60,187 nucleotides of DNA, taken from Catajapyx aquilonaris (Eukaryota). The stretch spans positions 1 through 60,187 of the forward strand of contig KZ538593.1 of the NCBI GenBank assembly GCA_000934665.2. Direction: 5' to 3'. Positions 25,501-37,280 of this stretch are shown here, piece by piece; position 1 is the first letter of the stretch; each line of letters begins with the position of its first letter. The translations under genes and the position numbers were made by a program. The notes under the pieces are model-generated. The model did not search any database. It saw only the letters and a program-made list of their open reading frames with translations, and had not been told where the DNA came from.

Positions 25501-28184
25501 AACGAAAGTAGAAGGTACTGAAAACATGGTTAATCAACTGTAGCAAATATTCGCAGAGGTTGTTTGTTAGACTGATCAATGTATATGATGTTTTCTTGGC
25601 CGCTCTCTGATAATTTTATAATCAGGTCTCGATTGTTTGATGCCACTTCATTACCAAAATGATTAGCTTTAATAGGAAGGACAGAAAATTGTGCCACTGA
25701 GCAAATGGCTTGCCTTCAGAACTTATATTCTTTTCTGCATCTGGCCATTACACCTGATGGGCCTGCAGTTGCACAATGCACAATGCGTATTAAATTGGCT
25801 AGATTGAGAAAAGGGATGCACGTTTGCCTGGTCATTCTAAACCTTGCATTTTAAGCACATTATCTAAAGAATGCGCGATGCAAACTATACGTACATATAT
25901 GACACCAAATCATGACATGAACTTCGAGTTACCAGGAGTGTATTGTACAAGATAGTGAAGTTAAGAGGCACTGATAATAATAATAATAATAATTGATACC
26001 CCATTATCAGCCCTTTGGGCTTTATTAGGGGGGGGATTTCTCCCAATTTTTTGTCTGGAACTCTTTCCATTTTTACTATACTTTTTCATCGGAATTGAGG
26101 CAAGGATAGGTAAGGAAGGAAGCGGCTGTGGCCTATAATTACGGTAACGACCCCGGAATTATCCTGCAATGACCATGGGAAACCACAGAAAACCATGATC
26201 AGGGTCGCCGGCCTCCGGGATTCGAACCCAGGACCTCCCGATTAGCAGTCGGACACCATACCACTCCACCACTACTGCTTCGATAGTTAAGAGGCACTGT
26301 ATGCTATACGCGAATTAGGCACAAGTAAGATTTGGGGTCAGGAATGCTAGAAAATATTTAATCTTACATCATGTTTTCATAATGTATCTCTTGCTCATAT
26401 TGATATAATTTTGTCTAATTCTTGCCCCTGCAAACTCTCGTCTTTTGGTGTGGAATCATACATGCCATTGGAAAGCCCTTGAAATGAGCTTTTAAACTCT
26501 CTGTTACACTTGAAGTTGAGGCAATAGGAGCAAGTGTAAATAGGCATCTGCAAGATGTAGACATTCTAGGATGTTTCTAAGATTGTAGATCACATGATAA
26601 TAATCATCATGGCATGATTTGTCTTATACATCTTGGTATTAGTGGGAATTGTACAATAGTTATTGGGGCAGAATATGAAGGTGCCGGGAGGGATGGCTGA
26701 AGATTTTAGGAGTGTTTTGAGTTGTCACTGATAAGATTGGAAAGCACCATGCAGCACAGTTTCAACACCTATTGAAATCTTGCTAGGGTGTGTGGTCTAG
26801 GAAGTGTCGTGTCATCTATGACGTAGCTTGGGGGTAAGACAGTGTTCTAAAGTTCACCTATTATTACTCTTTCTGTTGTCAACAGGCCATGTCATGGAAT
26901 ATTTTCCCACTAGATTGCAAGAGACCTTAAAACTGTGCCGGGTTTACTTATGCTCTGGCATGACCAATAATTTAGTACTTGCAAGTGTTAATTTTAGCCC
27001 AGTTTCTATTGCACAAAATGTGGACCTAAGAACAAAAAATTGTACATATTTAAAAAAGACTTTCAAACCAGTTTCAAAGTGATGAGTTAAAAGATGAAAA
27101 TAAACCATATTAGCTCATTTTTAAATGGGAAGCATAAGCACAAAAATAAATTCACAGTTCCAGATGGCTACATCCAGTACATATAATGTTCACTTCCTGA
27201 ATTTTCATTCACAGGGTATTCTTTAATTACGAGGTAAATTCGTAGGTAAATTATGATGTGTATTGTGCATTCAATATGGAATCAATTTAGTGGGCCATAA
27301 AATATTTGATATAATGCCTACTTGGTAGTAGTGTTGCTGAAAATTGTTTTCAGTTTTAATGGGTACAATTTTCCTCTGCACAATAAATTGTGCTGGTGGA
27401 AGCAAGCATGATAAATTACCCTGTAATTGACACTGCTCTAATTGCTTGGCAGGTGAGTTACTACTTCCCCCTGAAGACACTGTGGCGCTCCTTCTTTTGT
27501 GCCCTGGTGGCAGCATTCGTGCTCCAGTCAATCAACCCATTTGGCAACGAGCACTCAGTCCTCTTCTATGTCGAGTACAACAAACCATGGATATTCTTCG
27601 AGCTGATCCCATTCATTGGGCTTGGCATACTTGGTGTAAGAGTTTCATATTCTTATCCTCTCCTCCTCATCCTCTCACCTGTCATGTTCCCTGTTGATTT
27701 ACAAATTCCAGAAATGAGATTTTGAACATCAGGGGTCAAATCTTGAATTTTTTTTGTCCAGGTGCAAAGTTTGCACTCCAGACTTTCATTTGAAGTGCAA
27801 GTAACGTACATGGATTGCTTAATTTTTTGTTACTGGGTTTCGCCATGTTAAAAATCAGGACCAACTGGAGTGCGAACTTGGCACTCCAAGGCTCAGTTTG
27901 GAGTGCATATAACAATTTTGGTATGCAAATTTTACCTGTGCATCCATATTTTGACCCCTTGAATGTGACTTGTGCTCATAATATTCACATCCAGTTTTTC
28001 AGGAATTTTAAAGTTGCTAATTGCTATCATGAAGTGAGGGTTTTTTCACATTAGTGAGGGACATGTAATGTGACAAATACGGCATGCTGCAGTTATAAGC
28101 TTCATGAGAATGTGCTCACAAAGTATAGTATGTCACTCATATGGAACAAATGAAAGCAACTGATTCACTAAAAACTTGTGAACC

Positions 28185-28248
<64 letters not shown>

Positions 28249-29930
28249 TTTTTCAGGAAGAAAGTGACTAAACAAATTAGAAAGCATATTAATGGATGTG
28301 CAAGGTGATCTGCAGTATGCTGTTTTGCACTGTCTTAAGGCCCATACACACAGGCCGTCGACGGTTTTGGTCATTGGTCATGTTGACGCCGCGGACCAAT
28401 CATGACTCGATGTAAACAAGCTCAACACTTGTGTTGCGCTTGTTGATTGGTCCGCGGCGTAAATGCGACCAAAGACCAAAACCGTCTACGTCATGTGTGT
28501 ATGGGCCTTTAATTGTTAGCAGCTCCAAACTTAGTTAACTTTACTGCAATTTGGGTTTGATAAGTAACACCAACTCATTGTGCCCTAAAAGACTAAAGAC
28601 TGAAATGCTCGAATTCTAAAGAAGACTTCAGTATCTAACATTAGAAAGTGACATTTCGATTGTTATTTGTATGACTTTTCCTGGAATGACCCCTTTGCTG
28701 CCGAGTTGGTCTGTACTTTTAATTGTTCTTTTAATGTTTCTGTTGTTCTGTTTTATCCAGGGCTTGATAGGGACATTCTTCATCAAAGCAAACATCTACT
28801 GGTGTCGCTATCGAAAGGTGTCCCGCCTGGGCCAGTACCCTGTGTCTGAGGTTCTTACTGTGACCCTAGTGACCTCCATCTTGGCATATCCCAATCCATA
28901 CACACGGATGCCAACAAGTCAGCTCATCTACTTACTCTTCAGCCAATGCAGTGTTTCCAATACAGATGATCTCTGGTTTGTTGAATGTTTTTATAAATAA
29001 GCATGCTGAATAGGGGGCTCAAAAGAATAAAATAGAGTGTGTTTCTTACTAGAATAGCCAACGGCCATCAGCGTATTCCTCGGACCAAAACAAGTCAAAA
29101 ATGTAGGGGTGAGAAATATCGAGGTGCCCACCAATAACAAAGTAAATGACCAGAAACATTGACCAATGGTTGCCTAGGGAGTGATATGAGGGTGATATTC
29201 ACTTCTGTGAAAGAGGTGATCTCACAAACCCCAACAGTCACAATTATCACCCTCATATCCTGCTTCCTAGGCAACCATTGGTCAATGTTTCTGGTCATTT
29301 ACTTTGTTACTGGTGGGCCTCTCGATATTTCTCCCCCCTACATTTTCGACTTGTTTTGGTCCGAGGAATACGCTGACGGCCGTTTGCCATACTAGTAAGA
29401 AACTCCCTGTATACAATGCTTCGTGTCTCAGACTAATATGCACATCTTGTTTCCCTTTAGTGACTACAACCGCAACTTCACGAATGTGAACTCTGCAATC
29501 GAGATAGCTGCTGCAGGGTCGGGCGTATTTCGTTCAATCTGGCTCTTGTCCCTCGCCTTTGCCTTCAAGCTGGTCATCACCATCTTTACTTTTGGCATTA
29601 AGGTTCCTGCTGGACTATTCATCCCTAGCTTGGCACTGGGTGCCATTGCAGGCAGGATCGTTGGGATTGGAGTTGAGCAGCTTGCATAGTAAGCCTATCT
29701 CCTCCATCATTCATGAAACTGCATCTCATTTACATGTGGCTGTTTTATAACTTGTTTAATATTGTAAATTTTTAGCAACTACCCAACACTGTGGTTCTTC
29801 AGTGGTGAGTGCTCTACTGGAGATGACTGCATAACTCCTGGACTCTACGCTATGGTCGGCGCTGCAGCAGTATTGGGAGGTGTTACACGGATGACTGGTC
29901 AGTCCCCTTCATGAAATGTCTCTCTCTCTC

Positions 29931-29963
<33 letters not shown>

Positions 29964-32205
29964 TCTCCTATAATTCATTTTCTCCTCCTAAGCTTAACCT
30001 AAATGCTTCACCAAGGGCCTTGAGATCCCAAGCAAGAAGTTAGTACATGTATATTGGGATAGAGTTGGCCTTACTGGCATGCGGGAGGGTAGTAGTCGGT
30101 GGGGGCAGCTCGCTGTGTCGCAAAGGCAAGGATAAAGGATGGGCCTGTATCCGCTGAAGATAGGTCTGTATCCACAAAGAAGGAAGGTTATACTTGGTTA
30201 GGTTAGGTTGGTACAGCATGCCCTTTCCAAAATCCAAAAAATCAATCCTTGCATCCTTGCCTTTGCGACACAGCCAAGCTGCCCCCAGCCACCACTCACC
30301 CTGCCACCTCCCGCACGCCAGTAAGGACTACTCTTTTCATATATTGTATGTCGTTGTCCCTGCTGTCACCCGCCCTTGTGGTGGTTGAGTGGTGGTCTGC
30401 TATTGAATTTTCTTTGGCAATGCTGTCATTTTGATATCAGTCATTTGGTCCATGGGTAGATAGACCTTACTGAAGCCCAACAAATTTATTTTTGTGATTT
30501 ATTTTCAATTGCATCTGCGTATGGTTGACTAGTCGGGTTGAATTTGACTTGCCCTTGTAAAATTCTCTATCTTTATTGGCAGTTTGATTATGCATATGCA
30601 GTCTCTGAGGGAAAAGTAAAACCTGAATCTCATATTGGATTACTTGATAGTGTGCCTTCTGATGATTGAGGACAAGCTTACTATTTACAAGCACACTGTC
30701 ATGAATGATGCAATCTATTAGGTGTACAGGTTTTCTACATGCTCACCACTGACAGGTGATGTGGGCATGGGTGTAGACTCAAAAGGCTTTTGCATAAATT
30801 GATCAGCACATTTTATTGACTCTGAGGTGTACAAGATTTAGGCCGGCTAGAGATTTCTCTTGGGATAGCCCCAAGAATCCCTAATATAGGGGCATAGAGT
30901 GCAGGCAAACAGGATTGGCTACCTGGCAGCAGGATGTGACAACACTTATGAAGTGCATGATGATGTATCCAGTAGATAAAAACTCTGCATGTCTTTTGAT
31001 TTTACATTTCTGTGATTACTAATCCTATTTAGTTGGATCTCCCTGATTGTATATTGACTGCATGTTATTTCTCCTTGCAGTGTCCTTAGTGGTGATCATG
31101 TTTGAGCTGACAGGTGGAGTTCGCTACATTGTCCCACTTATGGCAGCAGCAATGGCCAGCAAGTGGGTGGGTGATGCCCTTGGTCGACAGGGTATATATG
31201 ATGCCCACATCAACCTGAATGGATACCCATTCATGGACAGCAAAGAAGAGTTTGCTCACACAACACTGGCAACTGATGTGATGCAACCAAAGTTGAAGGG
31301 TCAGCTGAGCATCCTGACAGAGAGTTCCATGACAGTGGATGATGTGGAGAACCTCATGAAGGAGACAGAGCACAATGGCTTTCCTGTGGTTGTGTCTGGG
31401 GAATGCCAGTATTTGGTTGGGTTTGTGCTTAGGAGGGACCTGAATCTGGCCATCGCCAATGCCAGACGGTGTGTGGATGGGGCATGTGGAGGCTCTCTTT
31501 GTCTCTTCACCAACCACGCACCACAGGGTTACGATGGCCCTCCCCCTCTCAAGCTCAAGAAGATCCTGGACATGGCTCCAATCACTGTCACGGACCAGAC
31601 CCCAATGGAGACAGTAGTTGACATGTTCCGCAAACTGGGGCTCAGGCAGACGCTTGTCACACACAACGGGTAAGTGTTATGGAATACTTTTGTGGTAGAC
31701 CCTTGCTTGTTGAGACAAAGTGGTGTAACAGCACCTCAGGTTGTTCCTGTGCTTAGTGGTAATTTCAGCAAATTCAAGTGATGCATGCATGAGATTTACC
31801 TGTACTTGTCAAGGGAATTGATGGACTGGCCAAGCCTGTGAAGGCCCTGCAGCCCATGAGCTCGGAATTTATTCCACCTTTGATAATTACAACAATATTC
31901 TAACAAAATCAAAGCAATTCAATGAAAACAATTCTTCCACTATCCTCCTGACTCCAAGACACTATCCACTCCCGCCTCATCCAGTTCCAGCATAGTCCAG
32001 ATTGCTAGTGGCAGACCAGCTGCCTTGTCCGCCACCTTTGGTCCTCCTGTCTATATATATATATAGATTTACCTGTACTATTTTCTTTGTTTTGATTGTC
32101 ATGCCCCTTTCTAGGCGCCTGCTGGGAATCATCACAAAGAAAGATGTCCTCCGCCACATCAAGCAACTGGACAATGAGGATCCTAATTCAGTCCTTTTCA
32201 ACTGA
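19489..32205 (+). CDS. ClC-c: H(+)/Cl(-) exchange transporter, ClC-3/4/5 family (Drosophila ClC-c-like), spliced CDS
   Basis: Exons 19489-19566, 19627-19750, (20034-20063), 21292-21641, 24325-24486, 24723-24870, 25235-25374, 27453-27635, 28761-28975, 29461-29688, 29776-29897, 31081-31669, 32115-32205. All introns are GT-AG and phase-compatible: 2460 nt, 819 aa with the microexon. Motifs [20 protein letters not shown] (gating Glu), LFSLEE (proton Glu), GLFIP, IYDAHI and two CBS domains. Confidence 0.95.
19627..19750 (+). CDS. ClC-c: ClC coding exon 2 ([14 protein letters not shown]..)
   Basis: Acceptor GGCAG, donor [15 protein letters not shown] resembles the insect ClC-c N-terminus. Confidence 0.85.
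20034..20063 (+). CDS. ClC-c: Candidate 30-nt ClC microexon ([10 protein letters not shown])
   Basis: Long pyrimidine tract plus AAG acceptor, donor CGG|GTAAGT, phase 1-1 symmetric, no stop. Confidence 0.65.
21292..21641 (+). CDS. ClC-c: ClC exon ([18 protein letters not shown]...NCSQ)
   Basis: Within ORF 21207-21704; TTAG acceptor, CAG|GTATGG donor. Confidence 0.95.
21771..22997. mobile_element. TTAA-flanked piggyBac-like non-autonomous element with internal tandem repeats
   Basis: TTAA|CCCCTTGAGCCCCAGCTATA ... TATAGCTGGCGCTCAAGGGG|TTAA. Four ~140-195 bp subunits begin TACTCTGAAGATA (21831, 22012, 22153, 22348), with one inverted copy at ~22800-22947. Confidence 0.9.
24325..24486 (+). CDS. 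ClC-c: ClC exon (WLTWPEVF...GSGIPE)
   Basis: GSGIPE signature; AG/GT boundaries, phase 0. Confidence 0.95.
24723..24870 (+). CDS. ClC-c: ClC exon ([18 protein letters not shown]...[14 protein letters not shown])
   Basis: Translated by hand (not in the ORF track); carries the gating glutamate motif. Confidence 0.95.
25235..25374 (+). CDS. ClC-c: ClC exon ([10 protein letters not shown]...GGVLFSLEE)
   Basis: Translated by hand; [15 protein letters not shown] motif; AG/GT boundaries. Confidence 0.95.
25974..26284 (-). mobile_element. SINE family A, full-length copy
   Basis: tRNA-like head (GGTTCGAATCC on - strand), (ATT)n tail, and 15-bp TSD AGTTAAGAGGCACTG at 25959-25973 and 26285-26299. Confidence 0.92.
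27453..27635 (+). CDS. ClC-c: ClC exon ([15 protein letters not shown]...GILG)
   Basis: Within ORF 27390-27725; AG/GT boundaries, phase 0. Confidence 0.95.
28185..28246. repeat. (AAT)n microsatellite
   Basis: About 20 perfect AAT units. Confidence 0.95.
28338..28508. mobile_element. PIF/Harbinger (Tourist-like) MITE
   Basis: TTA|AGGCCCATACACAC ... GTGTGTATGGGCCT|TTA; almost the whole element is an imperfect inverted repeat. Confidence 0.85.
28761..28975 (+). CDS. ClC-c: ClC exon ([14 protein letters not shown]...TDDL)
   Basis: Within ORF 28671-29000; CCAG acceptor, phase-2 donor. Confidence 0.95.
29035..29409. mobile_element. TA-flanked foldback MITE filling a ClC intron
   Basis: GTTTCTTACTAG..AACGGCC (29041 onward) is inverted at GGCCGTT..CTAGTAAGAAAC (to 29403); arms ~160 bp. 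Explains mirror ORFs 29095-29298(-) and 29159-29395(+). Confidence 0.9.
29461..29688 (+). CDS. ClC-c: ClC exon (DYNRNFT...GLFIPSL...EQLA)
   Basis: GLFIP motif; AG/GT boundaries. Confidence 0.95.
29776..29897 (+). CDS. ClC-c: ClC exon (NYPTLWFF...[21 protein letters not shown])
   Basis: Translated by hand; conserved [18 protein letters not shown]. Confidence 0.95.
29919..29962. repeat. (CT)n microsatellite
   Basis: Interrupted CT run just after a ClC donor site. Confidence 0.9.
30046..30346. mobile_element. Foldback MITE
   Basis: CCTTACTGGCATGCGGGAGG..GCTGTGTCGCAAAGGCAAGGAT is inverted as ATCCTTGCCTTTGCGACACAGC..CCTCCCGCACGCCAGTAAGG; TA at both ends. Confidence 0.75.
31081..31669 (+). CDS. 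ClC-c: ClC exon ([13 protein letters not shown]...CBS domains...VTHNG)
   Basis: ORF 31047-31673; IYDAHI and CBS1/CBS2 motifs ([19 protein letters not shown]). Confidence 0.97.
32115..32205 (+). CDS. ClC-c: ClC last coding exon ([15 protein letters not shown]...SVLFN*)
   Basis: Typical ClC-3/4/5 C-terminus; TGA at 32203-32205. Confidence 0.95.
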
Positions 32206-32991
32206 GCATAATTTGTGCATTGCAACAATAGTGGCAGCTTAACCTTCTTTCAGTGAAATGGAAACCCCAAACTTTCATCTAGTCACACTCGAAAATGAGA
32301 CGACTAAAGAGGCCACGAGTCAAATTTTTTGAACGAGATTCAGGGATAGAGTTCAGTCATTCAGTCCATTAGGTAATTTTTCTCCCTTTGGGGCTTATTA
32401 TTATTATCATTTTTGGTTCCTAACGATAATAATATTGCATTCCAATAGTTTCGCATATCTGCAGGCAGATTTTGACTTGAAACTTGATTTATTTTTTTTC
32501 TATTGGAGATGTATCTAAAAGATTTGAACTTGGGACAAAGATGACTGAATCTCATGAGATTGGGAGTTTTTAACAAATTAAACCAATGGGAGAGTTAAGT
32601 CGGACAATATGTGGCATAGGAGGGCTGTACATTTAGCTGAGAGCTGCAGCAACTGCTGATCCTGTAAGTTATTTTTGGCATGAAATTAGAGAAGAGGCCA
32701 ATTTTGTCATAATTTATAATTTTATTAGTCTAGAAACACATGCTATTTAATATATAATATTTACCTATGGCAATTTGCAATGTTGGACATCATTTATGGA
32801 AGTGTAGTAAGTTACAATGGAATTGACCGCAGTTACCTGCATTGTCAAAATGCATATCTACACCACTTTCCACAAGTAATGTTCTTGTATTAAGTTTTAT
32901 GAAGGCCAAATTGTAAAGGGATCAGATATTGTCTTCCATTCATGACATTTGAAGCTAGTGACAATTAATGGTGGTTGCTGCAGGTTATTTA

Positions 32992-32997
32992 AATAAA
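32992..32997 (+). terminator. Candidate polyadenylation signal of ClC
   Basis: AATAAA ~790 nt after the stop; an alternative lies at 34882. Confidence 0.35.
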
Positions 32998-33892
32998 AGA
33001 TCAAACGTAACCCTTAATGCACATTTGACTTGGAAGATTCCCAGAACATTTTTAAAAGTCTGCTGAAAGGGTAGTTTTGTACACAAATAGGCTGGGACGG
33101 TAATTAATACTCAATCTGCAATTGTTTTGGGGACGCCCGCAATTTAAACAAAGACGTGTGCTGCTCAGATGAGATGGCCCTCCTAAAATCGTGAAAACCA
33201 AAAGAATAATACAAATATTAATTATTTAGGTGGTAGTAGTTTCCCCAAAATTTCCTTCTTGTTTAGTCAGGTATGTTTTATGTACCATATAATTTATCGA
33301 CGTAATGTTGCAAGCATAATAATTCTGTTGATTATTTTTAGTGGCTGTGTTTCAGTCGTCATTAAGTCTGATTACATCCCCAATTTTTTTCTGCCATATG
33401 TATATATGTTATAGTGTGTACAATTTATGTGCCGAGCGCAATTTTGTTCATATGATGAGAGGATTTGCAAAAATTGTACATTATCCTTCGTTTACATTTT
33501 TTTTCTCTCTCCCCTCACGCTTCTTCCCTTGCACCTGTATAATGTACTGTATATTGGAACAGCGTAAATTATTGCAGCCACTGGGTGTTTTATTTCCCTT
33601 GCATAATTTCAGTCACCTTCATTAGCAAGTAATTGAGAATTCATTATGTACGAGTATGTGAAATGTGCGTATGTAGCTCTTGATGCAAGTTAAAACTGAA
33701 TCCATGTTACAATCGCATACTAATGAAGTTAATATTATTATTTTGTTCCTTGAGAAATTATCCTCACTATGACCATAAAGCAATTTGAAGCCACTAAGTG
33801 AAATATAGCAGAATGTCTCGAGCTTGAATAGTCACTCCCTCCGCAAGTTCTTGACTACCTTAATCACAGAGGCAGAGCAGTGGAATCACCTA

Positions 33893-34648
33893 CAGTATTG
33901 GTCGTATATCGAGGCAACCGCCAGGGACATCTTCCGAAGCGGCAGAAGAAGGAATCTTGCTCGCCCGGCTTGTAAGTACAGTAAAACCTCTATAAGTCGA
34001 ATCTCCATGGGACCGGGAAAAAAACTTCCGAGTTATAGAAGATTCGAGTTGGAGAAGTTTGGAATTTTTTAAGCACATAACTCTATAAGGAAGCCTGCCT
34101 TTATATCCAGACACGAAAGGTGTTCAAACCTTAAAATAACTGTCACTATCACACTTACAATGTTCCTCGTTGTTTTGTTGTAAAAGAAATCTCGGTTATG
34201 GACATTTGCCTACTCTTAGATTCAAGGATTCAATTGTCACAATCGAGTCAAGCACTTCTTTCGGTACGTCTGGTAGACGGAGATCAGGAAATTGAGCCTT
34301 TCTGTGCATGTGGCCTACTTTTGACCCTTCGGCTGAGAAATGAGAAAATTTTCCTTACTCGCCCACATGAACTTCGACTTACGGAGACTGAAAATTAATG
34401 CATTGATATCCCATCATAAGGACCTGCCAGCACTTCGAGTTATGGAAAACTTCGAGTTGTAGAAATTCGAGTTAGGGAAGTTTATTTCCTATTATTTTAC
34501 ATTGTGACCAACCAAGCTCATCATTTTCTTCAACTTATAGAGAACTTTGATTTATAGAAGTTTTACTGTATTCTTATCTTCGATTCCTTCTTCTGCCGCT
34601 TCGGAATATGTCGCTGGCATCAGTTGCCTCGATATATGACCAATACTG
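33893..34648. mobile_element. TA-flanked MITE (outer) hosting a second MITE
   Basis: TA|CAGTATTGGTCGTATATCGAGGCAAC..TTCCGAAGCGGCAGAAGAAGGAATC is inverted at 34582-34648|TA. Confidence 0.88.
33979..34568. mobile_element. pogo/Tigger-like MITE (inner)
   Basis: TA|CAGTAAAACCTCTATAAGTC ... GATTTATAGAAGTTTTACTG|TA; repeated TTCGAGTT subterminal motifs. Confidence 0.85.
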
Positions 34649-35329
34649 TACCTGAACCTGGGAACATACTTCGACTTTTAGAATCTTTTTAAAATGCATA
34701 AATTCCATCATGAATTATTACCATCAGTTAGAATTCTGGAGAACTGCAACAATACCGTACTGGTCATTAGAGCCAATTGCATCAAATGAGCTGTCAGGTC
34801 AGTTGCTGGCCCCCAGTAGAGCCTTATCCCAATCGACTAGTCAGCTCCTAAAAATTTTGGTCGTTAGTTTTTTTTTTTTTTAATAAAAAGAATACGAGCC
34901 AGAAGCTGAATTTTGCAATAGTCAAAGAATTTTGGATATGTGCCTGGACCTTTCTGGAGCAGTATTGCTATTAATGTAGCCAGCTGTTAATTTTGTGTAT
35001 CAGGCCATTATTAGTTTTCTCTAATAAGATGTGCACATGTTTGATTGGGCTCACACAATTGGACGCTTAATTCGCGTGCTGCAGTCGTTTGATACAATTA
35101 ATGCCATTGAAATATGCACGAGGCATGAGTAGGTTTTTGTAATATATTAGTTCCGCTATATTTGGCCCCTTGCTCCATCTTTGCATGTGCTAACATGTGC
35201 CAGGAGATTCATAATACGCATGCGTTATTTTGGACACTACTGCGTCTATTGGCTGAAGACATTGCAATTGATTCATCTGATTGGCTATTGCGTGCCACTT
35301 CCACCTGTAGCTGGCACGTTAAGTGTTTC

Positions 35330-35540
35330 CACAATGGCGAAGTTTTGCAAGTTTTTTTGTCGGTTGTGTAGCCGTTTATGTTGTGAAATGCGAAATGAAC
35401 ATGTCGTCTTTTGGCGTGTACGTAACGACGGGTTATCAGAAGGACGGTGGCCTGTTGAGGATGACCATTTTCAGGAGGTGGACCAACAGGTAGGGAAATG
35501 TCATGAGGTTCAAAAGAAATCATGTGGGCGAAAAAGTACC
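35330..35540 (+). mobile_element. Degenerate mariner-like transposase relic
   Basis: Peptide FCKFFCRL...FWRVRNDGLSEGRWPVEDDH resembles the mariner N-terminal segment (W.RRFKEGRESVEDD.RSGRP). No intact ORF or TIRs seen. Confidence 0.4.
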
Positions 35541-36358
35541 ACGCATGGTCTTAGACCATGGTACCAGGTGTTAAATGTGCACCGCAGCCTGAACGTTTGT
35601 ACAGGCTTACAAGTAATCCCACTACCATGTTGAAAATATGCGCATATTATGAATTGTGCGTCGGTCATAAACATGCTGCCATAATTCCACAGGTTGGAAC
35701 ACCACATCTGAGAGTTGCTCATCATGGAGTAAATGATTACATCATGAGGAGGTGATCTTGGGAGCATTACAAGGTAAATACACTTTATTTTGGAACCTCT
35801 TACAATGGTGTGGTATGTAACACTCAGGTGAGCAAGGTGCAATGTGCCATCTTTGAACGATGAGGAAAAGTCACCCATATGAGACTACTCATCCAGTCAT
35901 CTGATTAATGGATTCTGAAAAGTTGTTATGCCTGCGTATAATTTTTGGTTTATTGGACACAATTATTGGAAAATATGTACATGTAGATCAAATCAGCCTA
36001 TATTTACCTAGTGTGCACATCTTGTGTGTGTTCTAGGCCATTAATAATACAAGGAAGCCAGCTGAGTCATATGGAATACTATGGGAATACACAGGGGCTG
36101 ATTGCATAAGAGGTGAATTCAGAGTAGGACACACACCTCTTCGCACTTGATCTTGACATGCCTAGCTATAAGTGATGAACTGCTGCCGAGTCTAATTTTA
36201 GGAGTGGCAGCCAGTGGACACAAGGAGAGAATGTGCACGTGTCTATGGCTGAAGTACTGGCCAACTTCCCACGACAGAAATAGGCACGCTAGAATTTTCT
36301 AACTATGACTTGCATGTGACAAAACTGTTTTCACATGGCATTGAATTATGTGATACTT

Positions 36359-36360
<2 letters not shown>

Positions 36361-36412
<52 letters not shown>
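36361..36412. repeat. (CAT)n microsatellite
   Basis: About 17 CAT units. Confidence 0.95.
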
Positions 36413-36413
<1 letters not shown>

Positions 36414-36572
36414 CCCTATAAGGGGTAGTCAGCAATGACGGGAGCCACAAACTAACCCAAAATTCTCATCAATCTTGCAAAATGTCTGCCTCGAGGTAGT
36501 ATTAGACATGGTGGTCAGTACCTCCCTCCCGTATGTTGGACATGTAGGTGAATTCTGTGATCCTTTTTTTAA

Positions 36573-37280
36573 ACCCTGGAACCGTGACGTGGAGTCTTTT
36601 GGGACCCACAAAGGAATTAAAATGCATTAAAATTACAATTACAATGAACTGTTTGCCATTTTAAAAAAAAGTATATAACAGGAAGTGCATGTTTATTTTG
36701 AATTCGCAATCATTTTAGGCATTGTTCAAAGAATGATTGGATATAGTCAATACATTGAAAAGTATTATATAAAAATTAATATATATAATATAATAACTGG
36801 GGTAGTGCTTTCACCCCCAACTGGGGGTATATCACACGTTCCTTTATTTTTGTTATTATTATTGTACAGTAGCTGGTGCAGGGACAGGGTAGGGATAGGA
36901 GGGAGGGACACTGGTGCATGTGCAATGTCTCAAGTTGGGGGTCGTGTGCAGTCCCTCAGGGGGTCCGTTCGCCATAGATGGCCCCCTAGATGCGGGTCAG
37001 AAACCCCCGACTGACCCGCATCTCCTCCAGGACAGGGAAAGGAGGGAAGCGGCTGTGGCCTATATTACGGTACGATCCCGGAAATTATTCCTGGAGCGAC
37101 CTTGGAAAACCACAGAAAACCAAGGTCAGGATCGCCGGCCTCCGGGGTTCGAACCCAGGACCTCCCGATTAGCAGTCGGATACCAAATCCCCTCCGCTAC
37201 CACTGCTTCGGTTATAAAAATTAATAAAAATTAAAATAAGGCATGGGGTCCTAAAAGACCCCATGGCACGGTTCCAGGGT
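36573..37280. mobile_element. TTAA-flanked MITE hosting a SINE
   Basis: TTAA|ACCCTGGAACCGTG..GTCTTTTGGGACCC ... GGGTCCTAAAAGAC..CACGGTTCCAGGGT|TTAA. Confidence 0.8.
36782..37212 (-). mobile_element. SINE family A copy with a different, longer 3' module
   Basis: Family A head and core at 37030-37212, unrelated 3' part 36782-37030, and 14-bp TSD TATAAAAATTAATA at 36768-36781 and 37213-37226. Confidence 0.85.

Noticed and set aside
31086..31664. 192-aa minus-strand ORF (also 21293-21676)
   Set aside because: Antisense shadow of ClC coding exons.
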